In this document: piece after piece, positions 35,601-50,600 of the stretch
Position numbering within the stretch: the stretch's first letter is position 1
How the letters are laid out: the number at the start of each line of letters is the position of its first letter
Origin: Phoronis australis
Lineage: Eukaryota; Animalia; Phoronida
NCBI GenBank assembly: GCA_002633005.1
Contig: NMRA01000007.1
Coordinates: 568,842-632,841 of the forward strand
Reading direction: 5' to 3'
DNA length: 64,000 bases
Position numbers and translations under genes: made by a program
Notes under the pieces: model-generated
Seen by the model: only the letters and a program-made list of their open reading frames with translations
Database searches by the model: none
What the model was told of the DNA's origin: nothing

Positions 35601-38600
35601 TTTTTATCAACATTTTTATATAGCTCGACACAGCATCGCTCCTGTTTCTCTTATATTATTGAACAAAAATGCCTTGAAAAGGTTAGCATCACCCTCTAAT
35701 TGTCCAAGGAGCACCATCTGTTACGTCGAATATCACTAGAAAGACGGTTGGAAACTTGGAATTCACGCCACTTCTTTGAAATCAATACACAGTTTGTCTC
35801 ATTTTCCGTGACTATCTACAATCGTTGTAAACCAAGTTCTGACCTTAAAAACAACATCTTCAACACGGGAGTATTTCTCCTCCAAAGCAACGCCGTCGTG
35901 CTTTAAAACTTTGATTTTAAATTGGATACAATTCTGCCTTGGCGACTAAAAGTGACATGCACTTTAGGCCTTGGGCTGCAGCACTAGCGACCTGTCATTT
36001 TTTCTAAGCATAGAAATAACTTTTAATCTGAAGAAAATTGCATTAGATGAAATCTATTTTATAACAGCACATATACGTGACCTAAATCAAAAGTTGGTTT
36101 TAGTTGACAGAAGATACACAGGTTTTTTACTATTCAATTTGTCAAAGCATTTTCACTGCTGCAAGCACTTGCATGTGCAATTGACATTGCGCATGCGCAT
36201 TTCACATGAGGTAGTGGCATTTACGCTCACAAGCGACTTTCTTTTTGAGTTGAACAGGGGTGTGTTCCATAGACCAGGGGTCCGTTTCAAAAACTGATTT
36301 AAATTTAGTTTTACTTAAGTCTAAGATTTTTCTCAACTGTGAAATTTTAATCCGGTAAGATAGTTAAAATTAAGACAAAACCTTAAGTCAAATTTAACAC
36401 CTCTTTTTTGAAACGGACTTGAGACAAAGTTAAGTTTCTCAGCTACGTCAGTAACGGGCCCCATATTGTTAGATCACGCAAGACCACGCAAAAAAAGCGA
36501 ATGTTTTGCCAGCATGCCGAGACCTTACTAACGAAGTGATTGGTCGGTGTGGTTGAAATCTTGAAGAATTTTGTGACAAAATTCAAGAATTGCAGGATAC
36601 AATTCACTATTTCCGATACAAATAAATGGTTAATGTCTTGGGTAAACGGAACTCGGCCCAGATTAGTTATCGCATTGATATTTTGCTGGCCATTACGCCT
36701 CCAGCGAAAGCAGACAATGGCATAACTCGTGAAAAGTGACGTTCTACTATATAGTCACTGTGCATCACTATCTTTTGTCTGAATAGGGTCAACATCATTA
36801 AGCAACTCCATTCAAATATGATACTTAGTGTTATCATGAAAATTTATAACAACTTTGTCTCAACTGCGTTTTGGAGTAACCAAGAAAATCAGGGCGTGAT
36901 ATTTGACAAACTTCTTGACACTTCTTCAACAGGTTTTGTTTCAACCCACGCTGTAGACGTCACGCCAATTGTCAAACGACGTCAACACGAGCACGCGACG
37001 ATAACTACACCGCGACGAAGTCAATTACATCAAAGTTACATTATTGATGTTTGTAATATACTCATAAACTGACGATCCCAGTCTCGAAATTGCTATCCAC
37101 TAGAGCCTTTTTACCTAATGATACTTTCAGACGAAGTTCCTATTAACAGCAATAATACAAAATTGTCAAACCTTTTTCAAAATATAACACGCTTGACTTA
37201 ACAACAACAACAACAATAAAACTCATTGAGGATACGTTTGATCAAGGCTGGAGCGGATATCTAAGCCACACAAACAATATCCGAATTCCCGCGGTTTCAT
37301 CCAGAGGTTACAAAATTGTAATTCTGGGTCATATCCAACAGCCGCAGGAAAATAGTACTACGGTATTGATAACTTAATTTTTGTTGTTTACAGAAGATAT
37401 AAACTCCACAAATCGTTGTTAATGCACGGAAGTCGTACATTGCGTGCCTTAGTCTGCACGGCGTGCTACATTTGACTAGAACACAGCGCAGAGTGCTTTG
37501 TGGGGCACATACATGTACATGACATGGAGAATATTCCCCGACTTCGTCACTGTTATCCATGAAGCCTTGATTCAGCCACTCTGCCACACGAGGGCGCTGA
37601 GAAGGATCTAAAGACCGGATGTGCGCTCAGTAGACGCTAGGAACTACGCTAGGACCTAGCTAAAACCTAGTCAAAGTCACGTGCTCTCATTTAAAATGCA
37701 TGGCAATATCTCACGTAATCTCGCGAAGTCTTGCTTTTTAACGAGGACTTAGCGTTACTGAACGGGAGGCGGAAATAATGCCCAGCGTATGCCACTGCAA
37801 AGAAAATGACTGCACCACGTACTCTAACACCTAACTTATATGACCGACTTTAATCGACGACACTGTGTTGGTTTACAGACACCAAAAATACGATAACGAG
37901 GCAATAGCAAGGTCTTTAATACTTTTTGGGATCTGAAAACCAACATATTGACAGAGTGTGGAATTGAAAACTAATTTTATTATTTTATGATTACATCGAC
38001 TGAGCTTGGGATGGGACTATTTTTGGGCTTTCGACTGCATGACGATCACTCGTTCTGTCAGTCAGCTACTAGTTGCAGACATTTTTTTTTTAACTTTCAC
38101 AACATGCTTGCAATGAACAAAGGGTTACCATTGCTGTTATGAGGTTACGAACGGCCAATATGGAGAAATATTGACTCCAAAATATGAGTTTATCACGTCA
38201 TAATCCTTCAAAATCCTGTGACAACACATGTTGTTGATGTGGAAATCCCGTATAGTCTGCCGAAGATCAGGGCCAACATGGATTTTAATGACTCGTGTTA
38301 TTTTATTGGTTTATCATTTTTAGCTAGAAAATACTTGCATCAAGAATGTAGAGAAAGAAAACTGTTACCTGAGATAAATAAGAAAAGGTTAATATGTTTT
38401 AAAAGGTAACGGAGAAACATTCGCAAGCCATTTTGTTTTGACGTCTGCTTTTCCATAAACAAGAGTGACGTCACCAGGTCATCCGGAGTACCTCCGGTAA
38501 TTTCATAGTTTCAGTTTCCCCTCGGAAGCTGTCACGTGGCAGCGCATGTGCGAGTCACAACGAAGGCCCTTAGGGGTTTGACCTAGAGAGGGTTAAAATC

Positions 38601-41600
38601 AGGGCTTATAACATGTCTCAAATACGCGACGTCATTTTGGTTCCTTTGTTTGTCTCCTGATGCTCTGTTTACTCTTATTGGGTATACCGCGCATTTGACG
38701 ACATTCTCCATTTTGAGAGTCAAGTGACTTGCTGTTAAAGAGGCATGGAACGCGAAAACTAATAAAAATACCTTTAAGCAGATCGTAGTAAATCTACTGC
38801 TTGGGGATGCTAACGTGAGAATTGTTCACCTCGAATATTGCAAAATTTTCTAGAAAAATCGCAATTTTTAGAACACAGACGAAATCAAAACTCTTTCATC
38901 CCAGTATAATTTTCAAATTCCCCGCCTCTAGTAATGTATACGCGCATGCGCTCAAAGAAGTCGGACTGGCTGCAGCGTGAAACCACCTTTCTTTTGTTTA
39001 CATCAATGGTCAAGCATATGTTCCATATTAACGAAATGTGTTGCGTCTATATCGTGCCATATCAAATAAATCGTTTCTTTTTTGAAATTTGAAACCAAAG
39101 AAAAATGCTTTGACATCAACAGAAGCTCAAAATCTTTACGAAAAAACCTTAAAAATAGCTGTTGAACAGTTTCACTTGACGTCTGTTTCAGTGGCAGAGA
39201 ACCACTTTGAATAACACACACTCGTCTCATGATCTCGCGTGGTCTTGGGCCATCTGGCTTTCTCGCAAGAAACTTGGTCTCGGGAACGCTACCCAGAGTC
39301 TACCTTCTGATTCAGTAAAGTCGTATACACGTTAGGCTATACACTTGTCTTCCGAAATTTGAAATCGTACAAAATGAATTTATGGTGAGACAAAAACGAC
39401 CTCACTTGAGCGAAAAGTACTTGTTGATCTTGAGTTTTCGAATTGGCCATTTATTTACCTAAACATCATTCAACAAAGAATGGACTCACCGGAGACAGCC
39501 CAAGAGTTGTTATCTCTGCGGCGAAGGATGTTAAAGTTGAGTCTCCGATGAGTTGCCAGCAGTNAATATAGATGAGATACACTTCAGTTCGAGTACACTC
39601 GAAAACTGAGTACGTGCTCGAAATTTCGAGTACAGATTTTTCGAGTATGACATAGAATACACCAAAGCTGAGTCTGTACTCGAGTTGAGTATGAAGTGTG
39701 AGTTTGAGCATGACTCGAGTCTGAGTACGGAGATTGGAGACCGGGCCCAGGGGAGGCTTGGATGTACTTGTTACTGTAGAGTCGTCAAAATTTATCCATT
39801 CCCATGCTGACGATTTAACACAGCATGTGTAATGACCACCCGTCATGTTTCTTCCATGGAGTTCAATGACTGCTTTTATTTTATAGCCGGAGAGGTCATA
39901 CGAGGAAATCTTTGTGTTGATTTTTTCACCATTAGTCGCGGTTCGTAAGATATGAATACAAAGGTATTTGGCGGTTTTACTAATGACCATGTGAGCTGGC
40001 CACTGAGACTATTACAGTGTGGGCAACTAATGTAAAAACGCGCTGTTTATGCTATTCACGTACAAAAACCCGTTGAGGGCTAGACAGAACTGGACAAAAC
40101 TGAAATCAGAAAACGAGTTATTCCACTAGTACCGCCAAAATGTGAAAGAACCCAAGAAGATTTATCACATCTGTTTTCCCTAGACTGAAAAACGGTCAAA
40201 CAAATAATAACAGACTTCGCTCCTCTTAATCTTACATGAAAATTAGGTAAAAACGAAATTAACATGGAAGATCACTCCTAGTAATATCTTTATTTTATTT
40301 AATTCTGCGCTTATCAATTAATACGTATGGGAACATCATCTGTTCACCGTGCGATGTTCGAAGGCTGGTGAAAATCAGATTATATTCGTGTGCGTAAATT
40401 TTTAATGCTTCCTATTTAATACTGAGTCCTGCGGAGTCTAATCAAATCCATTCCCATTTCCCCCGTGCATTCGTATGTCATTTACAAAATATTTTTTAGT
40501 TCAGAACTGTGCCGCAATACTATTTTCTGAGAATTCTGTAGGCGAATGACCGTACTGAAATGTCTCTCGACAACAGAAGCCTTCAAATTCCAAGCTAATC
40601 ACTGTGACCTATGTTCCGATGCTGTCGTGATTTTCTATTATTAAGAAAAACAGGCTATTAGTAATGACTAGTGGTGCTATGAACGTGAGCGAAGAACGGT
40701 TTGCTAGAGTACCTCATTTGTTTTCTTGTAGTTAGATCTCGAACTATCATGAATAAGTACAACTATTGAATTGACGTAATGAAAGCTACATCTAAGGTGA
40801 CTGCTAGTTATTATTCCCACTATCCGGGTTAATTGGGTTTAAGACTATGGTTCGGTCTTTGTAGGTCCCTCAAATATGAAGAAAATGATGTTGGTCAGAC
40901 TTGACGACAGTTTTGAGGAATAAATTGGAAGTGTTTTCCACAAATGGTATTCAGTAATTCCTTAAAGTTGTTTTGAGTAAACTGGGTCAATAAACTTGGC
41001 CTCAGTTCTTGTCTACCAGGATACTGAAGTGCTCCCATTTTCACAGCACATCCTTGTTCAGTGTTGAATTCTTGGCACGAATTCAGATACCCATCAGGAA
41101 AGCGAAAATTATCAAAAATCTGGTTGGTAATGACATATTTAACCTAAACTTCTGCAGTCTAGAGTAAAAGAGCATTCGGATTCTGGCCCTCCTCCCCTGC
41201 ACCGAGCAGTCGTGAATTTGTCAAAATGGCAAAGTTTTTGGTAATTTCTTGGCATCTCATTTTTTCCCATGGGCGTAGGAAGGTAAAAGGACATAACTTT
41301 GTTGAGTTTCTTCATCTTTAAGATACTCCATCGATTGTACTTTCTGTCAATTTTGCTTTTTTCAGGTGTCTTCAGGTGCCTTGAGACACCTGAGCAAACA
41401 AGGGCTTTAATTGACCCAGGCAGGCAGGTGGTAAGCTAGGTCAAAATCATCATCTCGAACTGTGGTCTTGCCCATACTTTTGAAAACCCTGGGAACTTTA
41501 GAAAAGCAAAAGTACTTGTTTTTGCTTTATGGCTCTTGGAAATAAACACACGGAGACTAGGAAGTGTGCAGGTATGGTCATAAAAGTATTTGTTTTAATT

Positions 41601-44600
41601 GACCTAGTTTTGATGTCAAGCACATTTCCATAGGTCACGTCGGAAACCGTCGAAATGTTTGGCCGTGGAAATATCCCTGGTGTCAACCGTTTAAAAATAC
41701 CGGAATATGGCCGTCCAGGATTAAATAGCGACACTCGAATTTCACTGTACATACCCACAATGCCGTAAACATCCGTCAGGCACATTTGCTGCCTCGTTTT
41801 CAGGCCAATGAAGTTTCAGATGTTGTTGTTGTCTGGTTCTTTACAAATTTTTCTCGGTTGCAATGCTCTATTCGTCCTTCCAATGCCAACGAAATATCAC
41901 TGCTGTGCTACGGTGGGCTACAACTCCGATGTGAAAAAGTTTGATAAACTGGACAAATACCCGTGCATGCGTGATCTGAAATTCTTCGCCTTCCCGACAT
42001 CAATGAGAGACGAGAGAATGTGCCTGATTTACAAAACTAGGTCACACACTTTCTTATCTCCGGGACAAAGGAGAGTTCTACCGCCGTGTAATCCGGTACG
42101 GCCCTATTGAAAGGCATCTTCAAGAAATGGATTTTCTTCGGTACAAAATTAACCCGAAAAACTTGCTTCGTTAGAGGGACAAATAGAGTAATACAGACGA
42201 GAAAAACTTGCAAAGAATACAAAAACAACAACGAACATGTGGAACTCCAATGACGCGAAAACGCAGACGCCGCAAAAGGGCTTGACGGATATTGCGGCAT
42301 TTTGGGTAAATACAGCGAGTAACAAGGTACGGCGCTGCTGCGTTGCTATACGGTGAGTAAGTGGCATCGGGATGGGGAACGGATTAAGTATAAAGGTTCC
42401 GGGATATGATACAGTACGACCAAGCTAGAGCAGACGGAAACTGAAATGTTGAACGTTTCGGTTTCCGCAGTCAACAGTTGACCTCCACGAACAAGCAAAC
42501 ATTAGCATCTCATTGTTTTCATTTGGTAAACTTTCTTACAAATCAAATCAAAAACTTTGGCTAGTTTAACAATACATAGACGCGCTCATTAGCATTTAAT
42601 GGACAACTGTTTATGATTTTTTTTCGGAGACTCGGAAATTCTCATTCGCGATAGCTGACAGAGAACGCATAATGTATAGTCTACAAAAATTAATGTTTCC
42701 CCTATAAAATTTATACATTTGACGCTGAATGGGCGAGTGACGACACAAACTCCATCATTTGTCCCTATGTTCTTTGGGTCCGTGGCCTTCTGTACTAAAT
42801 AAATAAATGAAGAAAAATCAAATTTGCAGGAGTTTCAAATTAAGTTAGCGTACTATGAGTACGTTAACTGATACCATCGAAACAGGCGATATGCACTAGT
42901 GACGCTGAAACGAGAGCTAATACCAGTAATTATTTAAAGAGAGTCGATTCATCCATCCATCATCGTTTGTATCATCCGCATAGGCTTTTATAAAACACCA
43001 GAGTATTCTTGCAGCGCACAAATTTTGTAAATATGAAACACGTTTCCCACTACATAAGGGTTCAAACGAATTCCTGTTACTCAAATCTGTCTCTGACAAC
43101 GGTTTAGGATTTTCACTGGATTTGCGTTCCAAAAAAGGTGGATAAAATGCTATGGCTAAGATAAAACCATAGACTACAGTACGTGGACCGCCAACTCCGT
43201 ACATTTTCAATCTGTGATCTTACGCATAAGACGTGACGTCATTATTCACTACCGACACCTGGCAAAATTACCAAGTTTTACTTCCGGCAAGTATGTTGTA
43301 CTGGACAGTAAAATAGATGCGAGAATTTCCCCACTCAACACGCTAACCGGATATTGAAATTGGTAATTTAAGAGAGTGGCGCCTCCTCTAGAATAGTACG
43401 TAAGAAAATTGCGAATCTGTTGTTTATAATCTATGATAAAACTTAACATTTATTTGGCATATCGTCCAGTTATGCTTTCGCCAATGCAAGATGTAAACGA
43501 GTCTCGCAGTCAACAAACCTCATTACAATTAACTCTATGGAGTTTGTCTTAGATTTAAAGGTCCAATAAACCCACGCCTTCAATAAAACACAACTTCCCG
43601 TTACGAAGCAAAATCGTGTAAAAGTGATTCTTAGGCTTGAAAACAACTAGCAGTTCGTTCGTTCTGCTTCCGGTCGTGCTCATTAAATTCTAGCTTGTTG
43701 TGGCAAGTTAGTTGCAGCCGCCGGGAAAGTGTGGCCGTCACGCATTTTATTGTCACCAATGTCGATTCAAACTGAGGATAAGAACGCAATGGCGTTGCTT
43801 TGGAAAAGTAAACACATCCGTGAAGAAAGTTGCTTGTGACACCAGAACTTGATGCAAACGGCAATTTTATGGTAGGCATCTGAATAACGTTGTCTCTTAT
43901 TACGCCCTGAATACTGAATTTCACTTGTTCGTGTCACACTTCTGCCGAAAAGACGATCCCTGATCTTCGTGGGTTACTGACAATAATGTCCATTATGTCG
44001 ATCACCATGCAACGGTCGTGCTTTTAGAGACAAACGAGTACTTTGGATCCACCTACACTCATGGTTGGCAATGAATCAAAACACACAACCCTCAGTTTCT
44101 TAGCTTTGTAGTGTTCCAGAATGGTATTACGAGCAGGGATCATCTCATGTTTTCTACACCTTTGTTTATATGTCGTACACACCTGTGTTGCTTCAGCGAA
44201 AACAGCGGTGCAGAAGTTCTCCGAGCTCCATACGAAGCATGACCATCGAATACAACCACCGACATTCAGTTGCGGATCTGTTTTGGGGGTCTGAGGCCCC
44301 CGTGACAACCGACACCCATTCCACGGCCACTCTTGTCCACGCCTCTTGCTGCCAATATCATGGACCATTTGTCGTCATGTATTACTTATACCGCGTTCAA
44401 ATGTGGAAGTTTTAGAAGGTAGATTAGACGAAGAACGTTCAGAAAGCATGCCTTATGAGTAACAAAGATAATATTAATGTGCAAAAACTAATATTCTGAC
44501 CAGCCACATGCGATCACCATGGGCCAACACGGCCAAACCACAAACTGCACCATTTGAATGTAGGCTGCTCACGGTAAGAAGATGGAACTTCTCCCTGATA

Positions 44601-47600
44601 TGGGGCAGGGCGAGAACAAAGCAGATCAGAAGCCTGACGAGCTTTCTCTTGTGGACATTTTCAGACAGCGGGTCTGACGTAGAGATCTTTCCTTCAGGTT
44701 GGACTTCATGTGAACGCTGTATAAGACCATCCCGTTGCAAGATCAAGAACTAGCTGCAACAGCCCTTTTTATTCGGAGGTTCTAAGCAGTGCTTGGCTAA
44801 ACTTGATGGGAACTCTGGCACTGGCCACTGCCAAAAATAATTTTGAGTTCGATTTCGAATGCAAAGATTAGTCCCCGGCCATTGGTTTCAGACGCTCATT
44901 CAACGTTGATCAAAGCTAAGCTATTTTCATGTGATTCGCGTCTCATTTGACGTACTGCTCCGATATCCAGCTCGTGATACCCGATTGGAAGGATTTATCA
45001 AGCTGTGAAGTATTGCAACAAACATTAACGGTGTTTCATCGTATTAGATCTGCCCATTAGATTTAATAAGACATGAAACAACAACAACGATAGATATGCA
45101 TGAACATTGTACAAGCCTGGCGAACAGTTGGGTGCATTATCGTCATCAGGTTTAGATTAGTTTAAACACACCATTGTATCGCAGATATACTGGAATCTGT
45201 AATATCCCCCGTTAATATTAAAAGCCAAGAGGTGAAATGTGTGTATTTTTAGTTTGCAATGTCAGAATGTACACGTGTGTGTTTACCTGTGCAATACTTG
45301 TTCGCGTGCTCCTTTGTAACAAGACTTCCTGCGGACGTCAGCGAGGAGTGGTTAGCGTCTTTGTGAATCCGCAAATGGCGATGCCAAGACTCAATGTCAT
45401 TGATTCGTTTACATTATCAGATTGAAAAAGACATTATTATCATTGAAAGCGGCAATAATTCCACGATCCGTTAAAGAAACTATATCTTGACTTAGACTGC
45501 AGTTACCGCTATAAAACTGGTAACAACTTCTTCCTTACCGGTACTCAGATGAGACGTGATTTCTGGGTACAGTTCAGTAACGGTAGGACCTCGCTAAAAA
45601 GGAAGATTTCGCGAGATTACGTGAGATGTTGAAGTGTATTTTAACTGAGAACGCGTAATTTTGGGTTGATTTTAGCGTATTCTTAGCGTAGGTCCTAGCG
45701 TCCCTGAGCTCTACCTAAGTCTTGCAAAGAACTGACAGTTTGTCGTTGCTCAAGACAATGCCTAGCGAATAAAATGACACGCAGTGTTACGTCATCTCGT
45801 AGCGATTGGTTTCAACCATTCACGAGTCATCAGTTATATACAGTTTCAAGCCTGGAAATAATACTTATTTTGACAACTTGAGACCAGTGGCGGATTTAGA
45901 GGGGGGCCAAGGGGGCCATGGCCTCTCCTAAAATTCTCCCAGATTCCATTTGGCAGTGCGGGAGTGCGAATGTCTCACGGACAAAACCCTGGCTAATACT
46001 CTGGATCCGCCCTTGGAGACCTACTTCATGAAGGTATAATGGTCTAAATCAAAAGTTTTGACAGACGGTTGGTTTGCAGCCGCTTTAACGATCTTGATGT
46101 AATGTCATCATCAAAAAGCTACCCACACACATGTTAATTTGGTTAGGCATCGATTTTTCATCACTGAATACACGAGTCCAAAATTCTTAAGAAGGGTTTT
46201 CCTCTCAGGATTGTTAGTGGCAAAAAAAATTTCTTGAAACTAATATTGTAGTTTTCTTGGTAGTATTAAAATTACTCCGACACAAGTTCCTTCTGAGGGT
46301 GTTAATCTAACACGACAGAACAGACTATTATTGGGGAATCAGTTTATTGTACGAAATTCCATCCGTACCCTCGTTAGCAATGCCTCCATACATTAATTCA
46401 AATATATTCTTTGGAAAAGAAGAAAGGTTTAAACTTGATTTTAGGATACTAATAGGAAACAGATCTTACATTGTGCGGTATCTTTCCCATTTAGATAGTT
46501 GAGATTCATGCCAACGCTAAAATATTAATTCAGTTATTATAAATCTATTTAAATATAACTAAAAAATATATATTTTTAAAATGGAATAGCTTCTTGTTGT
46601 TTTCACTCGGATAATATGTGCGTGATCGCGTGTGCGCGTGCGTGCGTGGATAGATTTTCGTTTGGTCATATCTGTACGGATTGTAGACAGCATATTAGCA
46701 ACTCCAATACGCGAGTCTATGGTTTCGCCACCACCTTGATTAGATAGAGAAAACACACCAATACACGAGTCCACGGTTTTGAGGTGAGCATGCGTAGCGC
46801 GTGCGTACTCCCGTGGTGGAGAACTAGGTAGACTGAATAAGTCGATTGTTCTTTACCAATGCTCCATGGGGACTCGACAATAAAACGCAGATTTCTCTTT
46901 AAAAATGCAATTGAATGAGCGTTTGTTAAAACATTATTGCCTACAACGCGTGAATACTCTGGGTTGTTTGGACACAGTCCAATATTTANACTCAGATGAG
47001 ACGTGATTTCTGGGTACAGTTCAGTGTAACGGTAGGACCTCGCTAAAAAGGAAGATTTCGCGAGATTACGTGAGATGTTGAAGTGTATTTTAACTGAGAA
47101 CGCGTAATTTTGGGGTGATTTTAGCGTATTCTTAGCGTAGGTCCTAGCGTCCCTGAGCTCTACCTAAGTCTTGCAAAGAACTGACAGTTTGTCGTTGCTC
47201 AAGACAATGCCTAGCGAATAAAATGACACGCAGTGTTACGTCATCTCGTAGCGATTGGTTTCAGCCATTCACGAGTCATCAGTTATTTACAGTTTCAAGC
47301 CTGGAAATAATACTTATTTTGACAACTTGAGACCAGTGGCGGATTTAGAGGGGGGCCAAGGGGGCCATGGCCTCTCCTAAAATTCTCCCAGATTCCAATT
47401 GGCAGTGCGGGAGTGCGAATGTCTCACGGACAAAACCCTGGCTAATACTCTGGATCCGCCCTTGGAGACCTACTTCATGAAGGTATAATGGTCTAAATCA
47501 AAAGTTTTGACAGACGGTTGGTTTGCAGCCGCTTTAACGATCTTGATATAATGTCATCATCAAAAAGCTACCCACACACATGTTAATTTGGTTAGGCATC

Positions 47601-50600
47601 GATTTTTCATCACTGAATACACGAGTCCAAAATTCTTAAGAAGGGTTTTCCTCTCAGGATTGTTAGTGGCAAAAAAATTTTCTTGAAACTAACCTTGTAG
47701 TTTTCTTGGTAGTATTAAAGTTACTCCGACACAGGTTCCTTCTGAGGGTGTTAATCTAACACGACAGAGCAGACTATTATTGGGGAATCAGTTTATTGTA
47801 CGAAATTCCATCCGTACCCTCGTTAGCAATGCCTCCATACATTAATTGAAACTGATATATTCTTTGGAAAAGAAGAAAGGTTTAAACTTGATTTTAGGAT
47901 ACTAATAGGAAACAGATCTTACATTGTGCGGTATCTTTCCCATTTAGATAATTGAGATTCATGCCAACGCTAAAATATTAATTCAGTTATTATAAATCTA
48001 TTTAAATATAACTAAAAAATATATATTTTTAAAATGGAATAGCTTCTTGTTGTTCTCACTCGGATAATATGTGCGTGATCGCGTGTGCGCGTGCGTGCGT
48101 GGATAGATTTTCGTTTGGTCATATCTGTACGGATTGTAGACAGCAGATTAGCAACTCCAATACGCGAGTCTATGGTTTCGCCACCACCTTGATTAGATAG
48201 AGAAAACACACCAATACACGAGTCCACGGTTTTGAGGTGAGCATGCGTAGCGTGTGCGTACTCCCGTGGTGGAGAACTAGGTAGACTGAATAAGTTGATT
48301 GTACTTTACCAATGCTCCATGGGGACTGGACAATAAAACGCAGTTTTCTCTTTAAAAATGCAATTGAATGAGCGTTTGTTAAAACATTATTGTCTACAAC
48401 GTGTGAATACTCTGGGTTGTTTGGACAAAGTCCAATATTTATAGTTTATGGTGTGTATGGACGTGCTTTTGGGAGTTTTGTCGCAGTGACAATTCAAATA
48501 TAAACATCCACGTTAATCTTCGTCTTGTTACTACATTAATACTACCTCTCACGACATGTGAAAGCTTGTTTCCCAGTTTAATTACGTTGTGCAATTCACA
48601 GTAAGATTAATTTAAAAATATACAGAGTATTCACAAAATATTTCAAAATTTGAGTTCTGAGAACTTGTTTTTGGAGGGAACCAATGACGTTTTTCTTGTA
48701 ATAGAATCCTAAAGTTAATTTTACTGAGGGTTGAAGTTTCAGGAATGTCTCAGATGACAGTTACTGCAGAGAACAAAGTTTTACGAACGCAAACAGTCGC
48801 CATATCGAGGTTTTGTAACACAACTGAAGCGCCAAGGCGGAGAACATTAGCGGTAGTACTTGAATGAGATAGTGTATGGAGCATGCGCACACTGTAAGAG
48901 AGTCAACGTTACGGTCTGAAAAAAATCATTCGTCGTTTCTCAGCAATTTCAGTCAATTGTGACATTTATCCTAACTTCTGTGCCTTGCAAAACAAAATTT
49001 GGGATTCCAGGAATACTGACAATGTAACATAAAAACATTAGTTCCTAGTAAAATCGGAACCCCTCAGTTTGATTCAACGCAGCTTTGAAAGTTTTTGATA
49101 TGGCAAGTGAAGTACTACAAAGTTGTAAAGACTGCCATAGTCATATCTGGCTGAACCTGCGCGAATGTTTCCAGCTCCGTTGTACATGTAGCTTTGTTAT
49201 TAATAAACGTCTAACTATTTAGCACTCAATTACGCAGGTTCAAAAGCCACAATTATTCGTTACCCTTAACAAGCGTTAATTTGGCCTCTTTATCTAAATA
49301 CTGACATTTGTGGGACAATTACAAGTGCGCGACTTAAGGTTCGTATTGATTAACCTATCGGTTTGTAATCGAATTCTAAAGCTAATAAAATGTGTCATTC
49401 TAGCATTCTGTTAGACTTTAATTTGGCGCGTCGTTGAATACTTCGACTCTATCGATCCTTAGGGTGACATTAAGAAATGCTATTAACGAAGGTTAAAACA
49501 CAGGCTCAAATGTTTATTCAAAGCCAGGAAGGAGTTTCTGCCTTGCACAGATTGAAGAAACTAGGCATTGTTCACAACCCAATCGTTGTAAAATCAAACG
49601 ACATAGTGTTGATAACACAAAATTCCGGGAAATAGAATTCGATTCCTTTAAGGAGGGTTGGTTACCCAATCCAAATCTACACATATTTTTAAGATGAGCG
49701 AATTTTTTCATTGCATGACAAATATATCATACAAAGAACATTACGCAACCGTTTTTCCCTCGCAACGAACACCGGCAGATTAACCCTTTCCCTGGGTCCC
49801 GTTCACCAGCCCCGGGTGTGTATGCATGTATGAAAGTTACAAAACAACGATTTTACACAGTATCCAGTAGCTCTTCTGTGAGTAATAAACAAGTTCGTTT
49901 AATTGTTAGCGGTCCTGCAAGTAGAGTTTCCATCTATTAATTTATAATTAATTTATATATTTATTCACTCATTAAACTGGCCGTTATCGAACGGTGTCTA
50001 TTTCATTTTTTACTCCAAAGTGGGAATGCTCAACCGATTTACTTTTTGATTGTAAAAATAAACCGTTACTAAACAATCTGTATGGGTCAGTTAACTGTAA
50101 ATAATAGATTGGTCGCAAACACGTTGCCATGACTAAAATAATCTCTAGTCTCTTTCGTTTTTGTCCACCATAAGCAAATTATGATAGGCCTCCTCATATT
50201 GACCAAAAAGTCGTGGTCTTGGCCTTAAGAAAACGTGACTGTCAACGGACGATTTTTAATTTGGACGAGTTATGGCCAAGTAAATAGCATTGATAATGGC
50301 ATGAATGACAGAATAAAGGATCAAAGAACATCAAAAAGGACAAAGTTTATTGGCATGAGAGTACGAACTTATTAGGCTTTCTGGACCGGGATTTTTATGA
50401 TCATTGTAAGCTCGAAATTATTTTTTTTGACATTTCCATTCTAGATGGTTTGTATTATTCTGTGCTCGAGTACACCTTGGTTTAAGCAAATGGCTGTCTA
50501 ACCTCACCTTGCTCTTGATGGCCCCAACATTAATGCTATAAGTTCAAGTCTGGACTCAAAATCTCCAGTTTCACTCGAATTTGTAGCTCGAATCCAGGGG

